Shown here piece after piece: positions 9,225-17,753 of a stretch of DNA of 64,000 bases. The stretch is taken from assembly GCA_963827275.1 (NCBI GenBank), contig CAWHAA010000006.1, positions 92,409 to 156,408 of the forward strand, given 5' to 3'. Under the pieces are notes generated by a model. That model worked only from the letters and a program-made list of their open reading frames with translations, had not been told where the DNA came from and ran no database searches. How positions within the stretch are numbered: the first letter of the stretch is position 1; each line of letters opens with the position of its first letter. The position numbers and the translations under genes were made by a program. This DNA comes from an uncultured Spirochaetota bacterium. Lineage in GTDB: Bacteria > Spirochaetota > UBA4802 > UBA5550.

Positions 9225-9530
9225 ATGGTGAAAATAGAAATTACGAAAACAGCCCAGGACAAGCTGGGGAAAGTCTTTGCCGAGTCAAAATTGAAACTCC
9301 CGGCCCTCAGGGTTACGTTTGCTGGATTTGGTTGAGGAGGGCCCCGTCTGGGACTGGCTCTGGATGAGCTGGAAGAGACCACAGATACCATCGTTGAAAC
9401 CGGCGGGTTCAAGGTGCTCGTAGACGAGAAGGTAAAGCACCATCTCGAGAGCATCCCGGAAACCACCGTGGATTATATCGAGTCGCGGTATGGTGCGGGC
9501 TTTGTCATACAGGGAGGTTCTACCTGTTAA
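9225..9530 (+). CDS. HesB/IscA-like protein with an in-frame TGA (candidate selenocysteine) at 9333..9335. This CDS does not appear in the ORF track as a plus-strand ORF because of that TGA.
   Basis: Reading ATG 9225 in frame gives MVKIEITKTAQDKLGKVFAESKLKLPALRVTFAGFG-TGA-GGPRLGLALDELEETTDTIVETGGFKVLVDEKVKHHLESIPETTVDYIESRYGAGFVIQGGSTC-TAA. Homology to IscA ([23 protein letters not shown]...GVKVVVD...LDF) continues across the TGA. The TGA aligns with the conserved cluster-ligand Cys. There is no start codon or RBS for an independent downstream ORF. AGGAGG precedes the ATG, and a candidate sigma70 promoter lies at 9167..9195. Confidence 0.55.
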
Positions 9531-9622
9531 GGCCCGCAATTCTTCAATGATAACGCATAAAAATATAAAAAAGGGGCTGTCAATCGACAGCCCCTTTTGA
9601 TTTTCACAACGCGGTCGCTGCA

Positions 9623-10198
9623 TTAAAAATTATCATCCAGAAGCTCAAAGTACGGCTGCGCATGCAGGCAGGCCGGACAGGCGTCCGGTGCGCTTTCGCC
9701 GTCATGGACATACCCGCAGTTCCTGCATTTCCACTTCGTCTTCTCTTTTTTCTTGAAAACGGTGCCGTCCTTGATGTTTTTCAGCAGCGCAAGATAACGC
9801 TGCTCATGGTGCTTCTCGACCTCTGCAATCCTCCGCCAGCAGATGGCGATGTCCTTGAACCCCTCCTGCTCGGCGATGTCCGCGAAGGCCGGATAGAGCT
9901 TGGTATGCTCCTCGTTTTCACCCATGGCCGCCGCCTTGAGGTTGTCTGCCGTGGAGCCGATGACCCCTGCGGGATAGGCGGCCGTTATCTCCACGTCCCC
10001 GCCCTCGAGGAACTTGAAGAAGCGTTTCGCGTGCTCCTTCTCATTGTCAGCCGTCTCGAGGAATATCGCCGCTATCTGCTCGTACCCGTCCTTTTTCGCC
10101 TGCGAAGCGAAATAGGTATATCGGGTCCGCGCCTGTGATTCACCGGCGAACGAGGCCAGCAGGTTTTTTTCAGTCTTGGTGCCTTTGATGCTCTTCAT
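9623..10198 (-). CDS. rbr: rubrerythrin (diiron ferritin-like domain plus C-terminal rubredoxin-like CxxC..CxxC domain)
   Basis: 191 aa. ExxH diiron motifs ([16 protein letters not shown]) and the C-terminal [22 protein letters not shown]. Confidence 0.9.
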   Translation of the reverse strand: MKSIKGTKTEKNLLASFAGESQARTRYTYFASQAKKDGYEQIAAIFLETADNEKEHAKRFFKFLEGGDVEITAAYPAGVIGSTADNLKAAAMGENEEHTKLYPAFADIAEQEGFKDIAICWRRIAEVEKHHEQRYLALLKNIKDGTVFKKKEKTKWKCRNCGYVHDGESAPDACPACLHAQPYFELLDDNF

Positions 10199-10230
10199 TA
10201 AAATCTCCTTGTAATGATATTCTTGTTATA

Positions 10231-10752
10231 CTATACGGCAAGCCCGGTATAGAGGGCCATGTTCAGCGCGCGCTGGGCGAGCTCACGGTCCTTCATAAGC
10301 ATGCCGTTGCCGTCGTCTTTTATAAGCTTGAGCTCGTCCAGGATCTCCAGCGCCGATGCCTCTTCCTCGACCTGCTCTGCCACGAACCACTGGAGCATCT
10401 GGTTGGATGCGTGGTCCTTCTCGGCGATGGACAGATCGACCAGGCCGTTTATCAGGCCCGTGACCTTCTGCTCGTGCCTGTAAACCTCTTCGAATACATG
10501 TTCCGGCGACTTCCAGTCGGTCGGCGGCCCGTCGATGGGTTTCAGCATCACTTTGCCGCCCCTGTCGAACAGGTACTGGTAGAATTTCCTCGAGTGGGCG
10601 AATTCCTCGGCGGCCTGCACCTCCATCCAGTGCGCGAAGCCCTTGAGCCCCTTGTTCTGGAAGTAGGACATCATCGACAGGTACAGGTAGCCGGAATACT
10701 GTTCGGCGTTGATCTGGCTGTTTATTGCCTCTTCGACTTTCTTGTTTATCAT
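10231..10752 (-). CDS. ftn: non-haem bacterial ferritin
   Basis: 173 aa. Ferroxidase-centre residues in EQYSGYLYLSMMSYF...EEFAHSRKF...HEQ, with length and pattern typical of ferritin. Confidence 0.85.
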   Translation of the reverse strand: MINKKVEEAINSQINAEQYSGYLYLSMMSYFQNKGLKGFAHWMEVQAAEEFAHSRKFYQYLFDRGGKVMLKPIDGPPTDWKSPEHVFEEVYRHEQKVTGLINGLVDLSIAEKDHASNQMLQWFVAEQVEEEASALEILDELKLIKDDGNGMLMKDRELAQRALNMALYTGLAV

Positions 10753-10769
10753 GCGTCACTCTCCCGTGC

Positions 10770-11147
10770 TCACTTTTTCCATAATCCGTGGATGTTGCAG
10801 TATTCCCGTACCGTGGCCTTTTCATCGACGCAGCAGAACTCGGCTTCCGGCGCCTGTCCGGGCTTCAGGAACTTCCGGTTTGACGTCCCGTCGGCGGCGA
10901 TCACCTGGATCCACTCGATGTAGTGCTTCTCTTCCATGGGGTGGGCTACAGACCCGATTTTAGCCAGGATACCGTTGCCAGACTTGCTTACATCCGGCAC
11001 GTGCTTCTCCTTGGCTGCGTCAACGGTGTTTTCTGTTATAAGGGTCATGTCCTGGCCGCAGCAGACCAGCGTGCCGGCGCCCTCATGCAGCACCTCGACG
11101 ATGTTCCCGCATACCTGGCATTTGTACACTTGCAGTCTTGTTGTCAT
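10770..11147 (-). CDS. dfx: desulfoferrodoxin (2Fe superoxide reductase)
   Basis: 125 aa. N-terminal desulforedoxin Cys4 (CQVCGN...CCGQ) and the C-terminal neelaredoxin His/Cys centre ([12 protein letters not shown]...FCCVDE...CNIHG). RBS GGAGGAATC. Confidence 0.9.
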   Translation of the reverse strand: MTTRLQVYKCQVCGNIVEVLHEGAGTLVCCGQDMTLITENTVDAAKEKHVPDVSKSGNGILAKIGSVAHPMEEKHYIEWIQVIAADGTSNRKFLKPGQAPEAEFCCVDEKATVREYCNIHGLWKK

Positions 11148-11208
11148 GTTGATTCCTCCATTGATTGTGTTTATTGCGGGGCTGTCCCGGAGGGCAGGCC
11201 CGCTGCAT

Positions 11209-12207
11209 CTACAGCTTCACTCTCCCCCTGAAGATGCGATAGGAATATATGGTATATCCGACCACGACCGGCATCCCGATAAGGGCAATGATGAGCATGA
11301 CGGTCAGGGTCAGCTGGCTTGACGATGAATTGTATATTGTTATACCCAGTTCCGTCCCCTGGGTTGCGCGGACCAGGGCGGGAAACTGGAGCGATCCGGC
11401 AATGCCCCAGAGCGAGGCAAAAAACAGGGATGACGCGGCAAAGGTCCTTCCGTCGCTATCGCGCCCGATCAGCGCCCTGTACGCGATGAGTGAGACAATC
11501 GCTACCGCTGCGCAGGCCCAGGCAATGGCGTTTTCCATGCTGCCCGGCAGGTAGACGGCCGAGAGGATGAGTGTGACCGGGAAGATCACGGCGGCGAAAA
11601 GCCATGCCTTTTTGGCGACGCTCTTTGCCCTCTCCTTCAGCGCGTCCCCGGTCTTGAGCGCCGCGTAGGCGCACCCCTGGAGAAGGATCGCCGACAGGCC
11701 GAGAAGGCCGATGGCGACCGGGAAGGGGCGCAGCAGGGTGAAGAAGCTGCCGGTGAACTCCATACCTTCGTCCAGCGGAATGCCGAGGATAACATTGCCC
11801 AGGGCCACGCCGAAGAGGAGCGAGGGGAGGGCGCTGCCGGCGGTGAAGGTCCATTTCCAGAGCCCGCGGCGTTTTTCGTCGAGGGACCAGAATTCAAGCG
11901 ATACCGCCCGCAGTATGAGCGCGAAGAGAACGAGCATCAGGGCGAGGTAAAACCCGCTGAAGACCGTGGCGTAGGCGTGGGGAAAGGCCGCGAAGAGGGC
12001 GCCGCCCCCCGTCAGGAGCCAGACCTCGTTGCCGTCCCATACCGGGCCGATCGCGGTGAACAGTGACGCCAGATCCTTCCTGTCGCGGGCCAGGACGGGG
12101 AGGAGAGTCCCGATACCGAGGTCAAAGCCGTCCAGGAGGGAATAGCCGATGAAAAGTACGCCGATGAGAAAAAACCAGGTGATCTGTAGCATCTGTAATG
12201 TTTCCAT
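11209..12207 (-). CDS. cydB: cytochrome bd ubiquinol oxidase subunit II
   Basis: Translation from [33 protein letters not shown] matches the CydB N-terminus. The listed 426-aa ORF is an upstream read-through into cydA. The ATG at 12207 follows a GGGGGA RBS and overlaps the cydA stop. Confidence 0.85.
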   Translation of the reverse strand: METLQMLQITWFFLIGVLFIGYSLLDGFDLGIGTLLPVLARDRKDLASLFTAIGPVWDGNEVWLLTGGGALFAAFPHAYATVFSGFYLALMLVLFALILRAVSLEFWSLDEKRRGLWKWTFTAGSALPSLLFGVALGNVILGIPLDEGMEFTGSFFTLLRPFPVAIGLLGLSAILLQGCAYAALKTGDALKERAKSVAKKAWLFAAVIFPVTLILSAVYLPGSMENAIAWACAAVAIVSLIAYRALIGRDSDGRTFAASSLFFASLWGIAGSLQFPALVRATQGTELGITIYNSSSSQLTLTVMLIIALIGMPVVVGYTIYSYRIFRGRVKL

Positions 12208-12209
12208 GC

Positions 12210-13541
12210 TCATTCCCCCACATATCCGATGGTGACGTTCCCGGGCCCCTTGCCCACAATTTTCGCCAGGAGCTTTAAAAATACGATGAAGAGCAGGAGA
12301 TAGATGATGCTGAACATGATGATCGACAATAGTATCTGCCAGGCCGGGACCGACACGGACGCGGCATCCGAGGTCCTGAGGACGCCGTACACGGCCCATG
12401 GCTGCCTGCCGATCTCCGCCGCCATCCATCCCAGTTCGTTTGAAATGAAGGGGAGCGGAACAGCAACAATCAGGGCCCACAGATACCACCGCGACCCGTA
12501 CAGTCGCCCGGTGATCAGCAACATTGCGCCGATGGCCGCGATAAGCGCGAAAAGGGCGCCAAGCCCGATCATGCCATGGTAGGTGAGGTAGACCGGGATG
12601 ATAGGCGGCTGGTCTTCTTCCTTGAATTCATTGAGGCCGATGACCTTTGAATTAGGGTCGAAGTCAATCAGCAGGCTGAGCAGTTTCGGCACCGCGATCT
12701 CAAGGTGGGTCTTTTTCGCGGCAGGGTCGGGAAGGCCGACAAGGGACATCGGCGCGCCCTCCATGGTCTCCCAGAGCGCTTCAAAGGCCGCCATCTTGGC
12801 GGGCTGGGTCTTCGCGACCTGTACCGCATGGATGTGGCCGGAGCCGAATTGCAGCAGCGATACGGCGATGAATATGCTGAGGGAGATCGAGAGCAGCAGC
12901 CGGGCGGCGGGAAGTTCGCGGTTCTTTAAAATATACCAGGCCCCGATCCCGGCGGTAAAGAGCGTGCCGGTGATCCAGCCCCCGATGACGGTATGAAGGT
13001 AGCGCACGAGGGTGGACGGATTGAACGTGGCGGCGTATACGTCCTTCAGCACGGCCCTCCCGCCCTCAATGGCGAATCCGGCCGGTGTCTGCATCCACGA
13101 GTTGGCGATGATGATCCAGAACCCTGACAGGTGCGACGCAAAAAAAACGAGGAACGCCGAGAGGAGGTATACCTTCCCCGAGACGCGCTCCCTTCCGAAG
13201 AGGAGGATGCCGAGGAAGACCGATTCCATGAAAAAGGCCAGGATCCCCTCCGCGGCAAGCGGCGCTCCGAAGATATCGCCCACCATCCGCGAGTAATTTG
13301 ACCAGTTCGTCCCGAATGAAAATTCCAGCACGATGCCGGTCGCGACCCCCATCACGAACACGAGGCCGAGGATTTTAATCATGAACGTCGATACTTTTTT
13401 TACGAGCTCGTCCCCGTTCCTCGCATGCATGATCAGCAGGATGAGCACGACCAGGGTAAGTCCGAGGGTGAGGGGCGGGAAAATGAAATGGAATCCCGCT
13501 GTCAGACCGAATTGAATCCTTGAAAGAAGTACGGCATCCAT
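12210..13541 (-). CDS. cydA: cytochrome bd ubiquinol oxidase subunit I (short Q-loop type)
   Basis: 443 aa. N-terminal QFGLTAGFHFIFPPLTLGL and haem-ligand region HxxxxG, a multi-TM profile, and translational coupling to cydB. Confidence 0.9.
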   Translation of the reverse strand: MDAVLLSRIQFGLTAGFHFIFPPLTLGLTLVVLILLIMHARNGDELVKKVSTFMIKILGLVFVMGVATGIVLEFSFGTNWSNYSRMVGDIFGAPLAAEGILAFFMESVFLGILLFGRERVSGKVYLLSAFLVFFASHLSGFWIIIANSWMQTPAGFAIEGGRAVLKDVYAATFNPSTLVRYLHTVIGGWITGTLFTAGIGAWYILKNRELPAARLLLSISLSIFIAVSLLQFGSGHIHAVQVAKTQPAKMAAFEALWETMEGAPMSLVGLPDPAAKKTHLEIAVPKLLSLLIDFDPNSKVIGLNEFKEEDQPPIIPVYLTYHGMIGLGALFALIAAIGAMLLITGRLYGSRWYLWALIVAVPLPFISNELGWMAAEIGRQPWAVYGVLRTSDAASVSVPAWQILLSIIMFSIIYLLLFIVFLKLLAKIVGKGPGNVTIGYVGE

Positions 13542-13592
13542 ACTAACGACCTCCCGTGCTGATGATGATGACGGTATCTGCCGTCATGTTCC

Positions 13593-13757
13593 TCAGTCTT
13601 CGTAGGGCTCGAACTGGTCCTTGGCAACGCCGCACTGGGGACAGACCCAGTCAGCCGGAAGTTTTTCGAACGGCGTGCCCGGCTTGATGCCCGAATCGGG
13701 ATCGCCGACTTCAGGATCGTATACGTAGCCGCATACCGAACATACATATTTTTTCAT
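13593..13757 (-). CDS. rubredoxin
   Basis: [15 protein letters not shown]...[13 protein letters not shown] has two CxxCG knuckles. GGAGGA RBS lies 7 nt upstream of the ATG at 13757. The listed ORF start at 13796 is an in-frame extension without an RBS. Confidence 0.9.
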   Translation of the reverse strand: MKKYVCSVCGYVYDPEVGDPDSGIKPGTPFEKLPADWVCPQCGVAKDQFEPYED

Positions 13758-13796
13758 GTCTGATTCCTCCACTATCTGGTTTGTATAATCTAACAA

Positions 13797-13811
13797 TTGT
13801 AATAGTTACAA
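13797..13811 (-). promoter_or_regulatory. PerR/Fur-box-like 7-1-7 palindrome TTGTAAT-A-GTTACAA between perR and the rubredoxin gene
   Basis: The arms TTGTAAT / GTTACAA are reverse complements at 6 of 7 positions, and the 6-bp core TTGTAA/TTACAA is perfect. It lies about 40 nt upstream of the rubredoxin ATG, overlapping a TATAAT-like hexamer (13784..13789). The architecture matches the B. subtilis Per box TTATAATnATTATAA. Confidence 0.45.
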
Positions 13812-13906
13812 ATTAATATACGGTTGATTATTTTGCAATAAGAAAAATATTTTTTATGATGCTGTGCTGAAAAACCGACGCACGCCGGTCAGTGATGGCG
13901 CGCGGT

Positions 13907-14326
13907 CTAATGCTGGCATTTTTTACAGATGCCTTTGTAATAGACCTGTTTCTCCGTGACAAGGTGCCCTTCTATTTTTTTTCCGGGACCGGTTTTTTTC
14001 TCAATCACTATATGCTCGGGATCGATGTCATACAGGATGCCGCATACGGTGCACTTGAAGTGGCCATGGAAAGATATCTCGGCGTCGTACCGGACCTCGT
14101 TGTCTTCAATGGTAATGTTCGAGACAAGGCCCTTTTCTCCGAATGTCTTCAGGGTGTTGTAGATCGTCGTTTTCGAGAGCGTGGGGATCTGCTTGATAAT
14201 AGCGTTGTAAATATCGTCCGCGGTCGGGTGGGTCTTGTTGCCCCACAGGTATTCATAGATCTTCAGCCGGTGGTATGAAGGGCTGATGCCGTTCTTGATA
14301 AGCATCTCTTTGAGGTTGTTGTCCAT
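13907..14326 (-). CDS. perR: Fur-family metalloregulator, PerR-like (peroxide-stress repressor). The subclass call is inferred from context.
   Basis: DNA-binding helix TADDIYNAIIKQIPTLSKTTIYNTLKTFGEKGLV, regulatory HxH site (ISFHGHF) and two CxxC pairs (CTVCG, CKKC). It is embedded among ROS-defence genes. A PerR-box-like palindrome lies 40 nt downstream, in front of the rubredoxin gene. Confidence 0.75.
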   Translation of the reverse strand: MDNNLKEMLIKNGISPSYHRLKIYEYLWGNKTHPTADDIYNAIIKQIPTLSKTTIYNTLKTFGEKGLVSNITIEDNEVRYDAEISFHGHFKCTVCGILYDIDPEHIVIEKKTGPGKKIEGHLVTEKQVYYKGICKKCQH

Positions 14327-14380
14327 GGTTATACGTCCATTTCGAGATGTGCGCATGCCGTTACGGCAGATCTGGCACGG

Positions 14381-15545
14381 TCACTGAATCTCCTTTTCCA
14401 GCTTTGCGGTTATGCTGTTTAATAATTCGTCATCCGGAATGTATTTGGCGCGTATGCTTTCGAGCATGGTAAAGCCGCAGCCCGCGAGAATCTCTTCAAC
14501 CTGCTTTATGCTCTGGCCGCCCCAGCCGTATGAGCCGAACGCGAGCCCGGTCCTTGTTTTTGGCGCAAGGCCGCGGAGATAGGTAAGGAAGGCCGAAACG
14601 GTCGGCAGCATGTTGTTGTTCAGCGTGGGCGACCCGACGCAGATATACCTGGCGTCGATCACCTCGGTCATGATGTCGGAAATGTGGTTCGTCTGGAGGC
14701 TCATCATGTGTGCGCGGCAGCCGCGGTTTTCGAACGCCGCGGCGACATGCAAACGCGATCTTTTTCGTCGAGTTCCACATGGTGTCGTAGATGATAAGGG
14801 CCTTGTCCGCGGTCTCGTTGGCCGACCACGCGGTGTAGGCCTTGATGATCGACGGGATGTTCTTCCTCCATATGATGCCGTGGCTGGGCGCTATGACGTC
14901 TATGGCCAGGGGGGCGGCCGCGGCCAGGGCTTTCTTGACCTGGTCGGAATAGGGGAGGACGATATTGGCGTAATACTTGCGCGCCTCCTCCATGATTATA
15001 TCGAGCGAGAACTCGTCGTCGAAGCGCTCGGGGGTGGCCAGGTGCTGGCCGAATGCGTCATTGGAGAAAAGGATGCGCTCTTCAGGGAGATAGGTAATCA
15101 TGTTATCGGGCCAGTGGACCATTGGCGTGAGCACGAAGGTGAAGTTGTATTTGCCGGTGCTGATGGTTTCGGCATTGTTCACCGCTTTCAGGTTCAGGCC
15201 GGATTTGTAATGCTCGTTGAGGCCCTTCATCCCGTTCGGCGAGGTGTAGATTGTCGCCCGGGGGGCGATCTTCGCTATCATCGGGAGGGACCCCGAATGG
15301 TCCATCTCGACATGGTTGGATATGATGCAGTCGATTTTCGACGGGTCAACCACGGAGCTGATGCGCTCAAGCATCTCGTCGCAGAGATAATGTTTCACGG
15401 TATCGATGAGGGTTATCTTTTCATCGATCACCAGGTAGGCATTATAGGTGGAACCGCGCTGGGTAAGGTAGCCGTGGAAATTTCTCAGGTCCCAGTCGAT
15501 GCCGCCGACCCAGTAGATGTTGTCTTTTATTTTTATCGCTTTCAT
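14381..15545 (-). pseudogene. flavodiiron protein (rubredoxin:oxygen oxidoreductase / FprA type) interrupted by a +1 frameshift between the metallo-beta-lactamase-like and flavodoxin-like domains
   Basis: ORF 14496..15545 has an intact diiron domain (HxExDH: HVEMDHSG) up to ...YDTMWNSTKKIA, then becomes junk. ORF 14381..14752 (TTG-initiated in the track) reads HVAAAFENRGC...VGSPTLNNNMLP...GSYGWGG, which is the flavodoxin domain. The two frames join only if one nucleotide is removed near ..gcg ttt g|cat.. (about 14750..14756). Confidence 0.75.
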
Positions 15546-15858
15546 GTCTGCGCTCCATCGTGATTGCTGTAATCTGTCGGATAAACATAAACGGCAACCG
15601 GAGCTTCACCTTCCATATAACGCACGCCCCTGTCCATTTATCCGATACTGTATTATATTTTGTCAATTAAACTTTTATATTTGTTTTAAAATTTAAACCG
15701 GAGAGGGACAAAATAATTGCCAATTATACTTTGGTGTTGACAGCATGAGCCAAAATGTAACAATACTGTAACAGCGTCGACAATGCGTTACGGCTGCCCA
15801 TGGAGCGCGCGTCCACGTCGATAAGGTAAAAAAACAATACCAACCGAGGTTCCGGCAT

Positions 15859-17178
15859 ATGAAAACCGCAAAAATAATGTGCACGATTATAGCAGCGGCC
15901 TCTCTCATGCTCTGCGTATCATGCAGGAAAACGCAGCACTGGGAATTGTCCCGCTTCGTCTCGCCGGAAACCTGCGGCGGGTGTCACGACGCGATCTATG
16001 AACAGTGGAAGGGGTCGATGCACAGCCTGTCGCACGTTGACCCGATCTACCGCGAGGTGGCGCTCCACGACCTGAAGGGGCTTACCGACCCGGATGAGAT
16101 AAAGGAAGCGGAGCACTGCGTGCCCTGCCACACTCCGGTCGGCTTTGTGTCCGGCATGCCGCTGAAGACATCGGACCATACAAAGACGATACCTGAAATC
16201 GCCGCAAAGGGCATCCAGTGCGACTACTGCCATTCCGCGACGCGGGTACGCGAGGTATTCAATGCACAGATCGACATAGAGCCGGGGAACGGCGAGAGCG
16301 ACCCGGGGACAAAGCGCGGCCCGAGGAAAGACGCGGAACCTGATTTTCACAAGGCGGCATATTCTGAAATGCATACGCGTTCCGAATTCTGCGGTTCCTG
16401 TCATGACGTGCGGCATGTCGTTTTCGGGACGAAGCTTGAGACGCCGTACGAGGAATGGAAGAGAGGCCCCTACGCGGCGCAGGGCATACAGTGCCAGGGG
16501 TGCCATATGTACCAGCGGCCGGGCGTCCCTGCGACCGGCTCGACGGAACGGCCCGGCAACCCGGGGGCGTCGGCTTCGGGCGCAAAGGAGCGCCCCCATG
16601 TCTTTACCCATTATTTCACGGGGGGGAATTCCCTGGTCCCGTCCATGTTCAAAAACAAGGACCAGTCGAAGCTCGCTGAAGAGCGGCTTAAAAACGCCGC
16701 CACGGTCTCTATTGATGCAGCGCTCGCTGACGGCGCCCTGCGCGTCAAGGTGACCAACAGCGGTGCGGGCCACAGCATCCCGACCGGACTGAGCCACGTG
16801 CGACAGATGTGGCTTGAGGTGACGGTCACCGGCGCGGGAGGGAGGATGATATACAAGAGCGGTGCCCTGGACCGGGAGGGCAAAATACCGACCGGCGCGG
16901 TTCTCTATAACCTGGTGCTCGGCGACGGCAGGGGCGTCCCGGTAATGAATGTCGCAAAGGCGCGGGAAATCATCAGGGACAGGAGGATCGATCCGATGAA
17001 GAGCGCGGTGGAGACATACCGGCTGACCGGGATAGAGGAAAAAACCGTAACCGCCGAAGCGAAATTATGGTACCGCATCGCGCCGCAGGAGGTGGTCGAT
17101 GCCGTGCTCGGGAAAGGTGCGCTGGCGATACCTGCCGTCCTCATGGCATCTGACCGCAAAACGGTGACGGTCCGGTAG
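15859..17178 (+). CDS. secreted/lipo multihaem cytochrome c (five CxxCH motifs)
   Basis: 439 aa. N-terminal signal peptide. CGGCH, CVPCH, CDYCH, CGSCH and CQGCH. Diverges from the flavodiiron gene. Confidence 0.8.
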   Translation: MKTAKIMCTIIAAASLMLCVSCRKTQHWELSRFVSPETCGGCHDAIYEQWKGSMHSLSHVDPIYREVALHDLKGLTDPDEIKEAEHCVPCHTPVGFVSGMPLKTSDHTKTIPEIAAKGIQCDYCHSATRVREVFNAQIDIEPGNGESDPGTKRGPRKDAEPDFHKAAYSEMHTRSEFCGSCHDVRHVVFGTKLETPYEEWKRGPYAAQGIQCQGCHMYQRPGVPATGSTERPGNPGASASGAKERPHVFTHYFTGGNSLVPSMFKNKDQSKLAEERLKNAATVSIDAALADGALRVKVTNSGAGHSIPTGLSHVRQMWLEVTVTGAGGRMIYKSGALDREGKIPTGAVLYNLVLGDGRGVPVMNVAKAREIIRDRRIDPMKSAVETYRLTGIEEKTVTAEAKLWYRIAPQEVVDAVLGKGALAIPAVLMASDRKTVTVR

Positions 17179-17199
17179 CGGACGTTTTTAGAAACGCCG

Positions 17200-17682
17200 C
17201 TATCGGCCCCGGGCATCTTTCAGGGCGTTCAGGACCTCCTCGGCGTGCCCGTTTACGCGCACCTTCTCCCAGATGCGCTGTATGACGCCCGCGGGGTCTA
17301 TGAGGAACGTCGAGCGAACAACGCCGTATGACTCCTTCCCGTATAATTTTTTTATCTGCCACACGCCGTAGCGTTTGATGACCGCACGCCCGGCATCGCT
17401 GAGAAGGGTGATCCCCGTGCCGAGCTTCGCCATGAACCTGCCGTGGCTGGCCGGAGAATCGGGGCTGATGCCGATGACCCTGGCTTTCAGCCTGCCGAAA
17501 TCCCCGGCGCGGGCGGTGAATTCCGCCGCCTCGGTCGTGCACCCCGGCGTGTTGTCGCGCGGATAGAAATAGAGCACCACCCATGAGCCGCGCAGCCCTT
17601 CCAGTGAAACTTCCTTCCCGGCTGAATCCGGCAGGGTAAAGTCGGGGGCTTTAACGCCTTCCTGCAATTTTTTCGTTGCCAT
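17200..17682 (-). CDS. bcp: peroxiredoxin, Bcp/PrxQ type (thiol peroxidase)
   Basis: From MATKKLQEGVKAPDFTLPD. The peroxidatic Cys sits in the TPGCT motif (YFYPRDNTPGCTTEA). Length about 160 aa. Confidence 0.85.
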   Translation of the reverse strand: MATKKLQEGVKAPDFTLPDSAGKEVSLEGLRGSWVVLYFYPRDNTPGCTTEAAEFTARAGDFGRLKARVIGISPDSPASHGRFMAKLGTGITLLSDAGRAVIKRYGVWQIKKLYGKESYGVVRSTFLIDPAGVIQRIWEKVRVNGHAEEVLNALKDARGR

Positions 17683-17753
17683 GCGTGCGCTCCTCCTTAG
17701 TGTGGCGATCAAAACCTGTCAGCGATGACAGCAGTATGGCGTGTAACCGGGCA

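Noticed and set aside
9333-9335. An alternative reading of the in-frame TGA as a genuine stop that splits two tiny genes.
   Set aside because: The 36-codon upstream piece would be an IscA fragment with no cluster ligands. The downstream piece has no ATG, GTG or TTG and no RBS in frame for more than 40 codons, yet it continues the IscA alignment perfectly. A pseudogene remains formally possible (see the first finding).
9215-9623. Minus-strand ORFs 9215..9466 and 9285..9623 listed in the track.
   Set aside because: They are antisense to the HesB/IscA-like reading frame, which shows block-by-block homology on the plus strand. They lack an RBS, and their translations are low-complexity Ser/Pro-rich.
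12208-12489. The N-terminal 94 codons of the listed 426-aa cydB ORF.
   Set aside because: This stretch is in-frame read-through into the 3' end of cydA. The CydB homology begins at [14 protein letters not shown] with an RBS and a stop/start overlap. The upstream part is Arg/Gly/Cys-rich junk.
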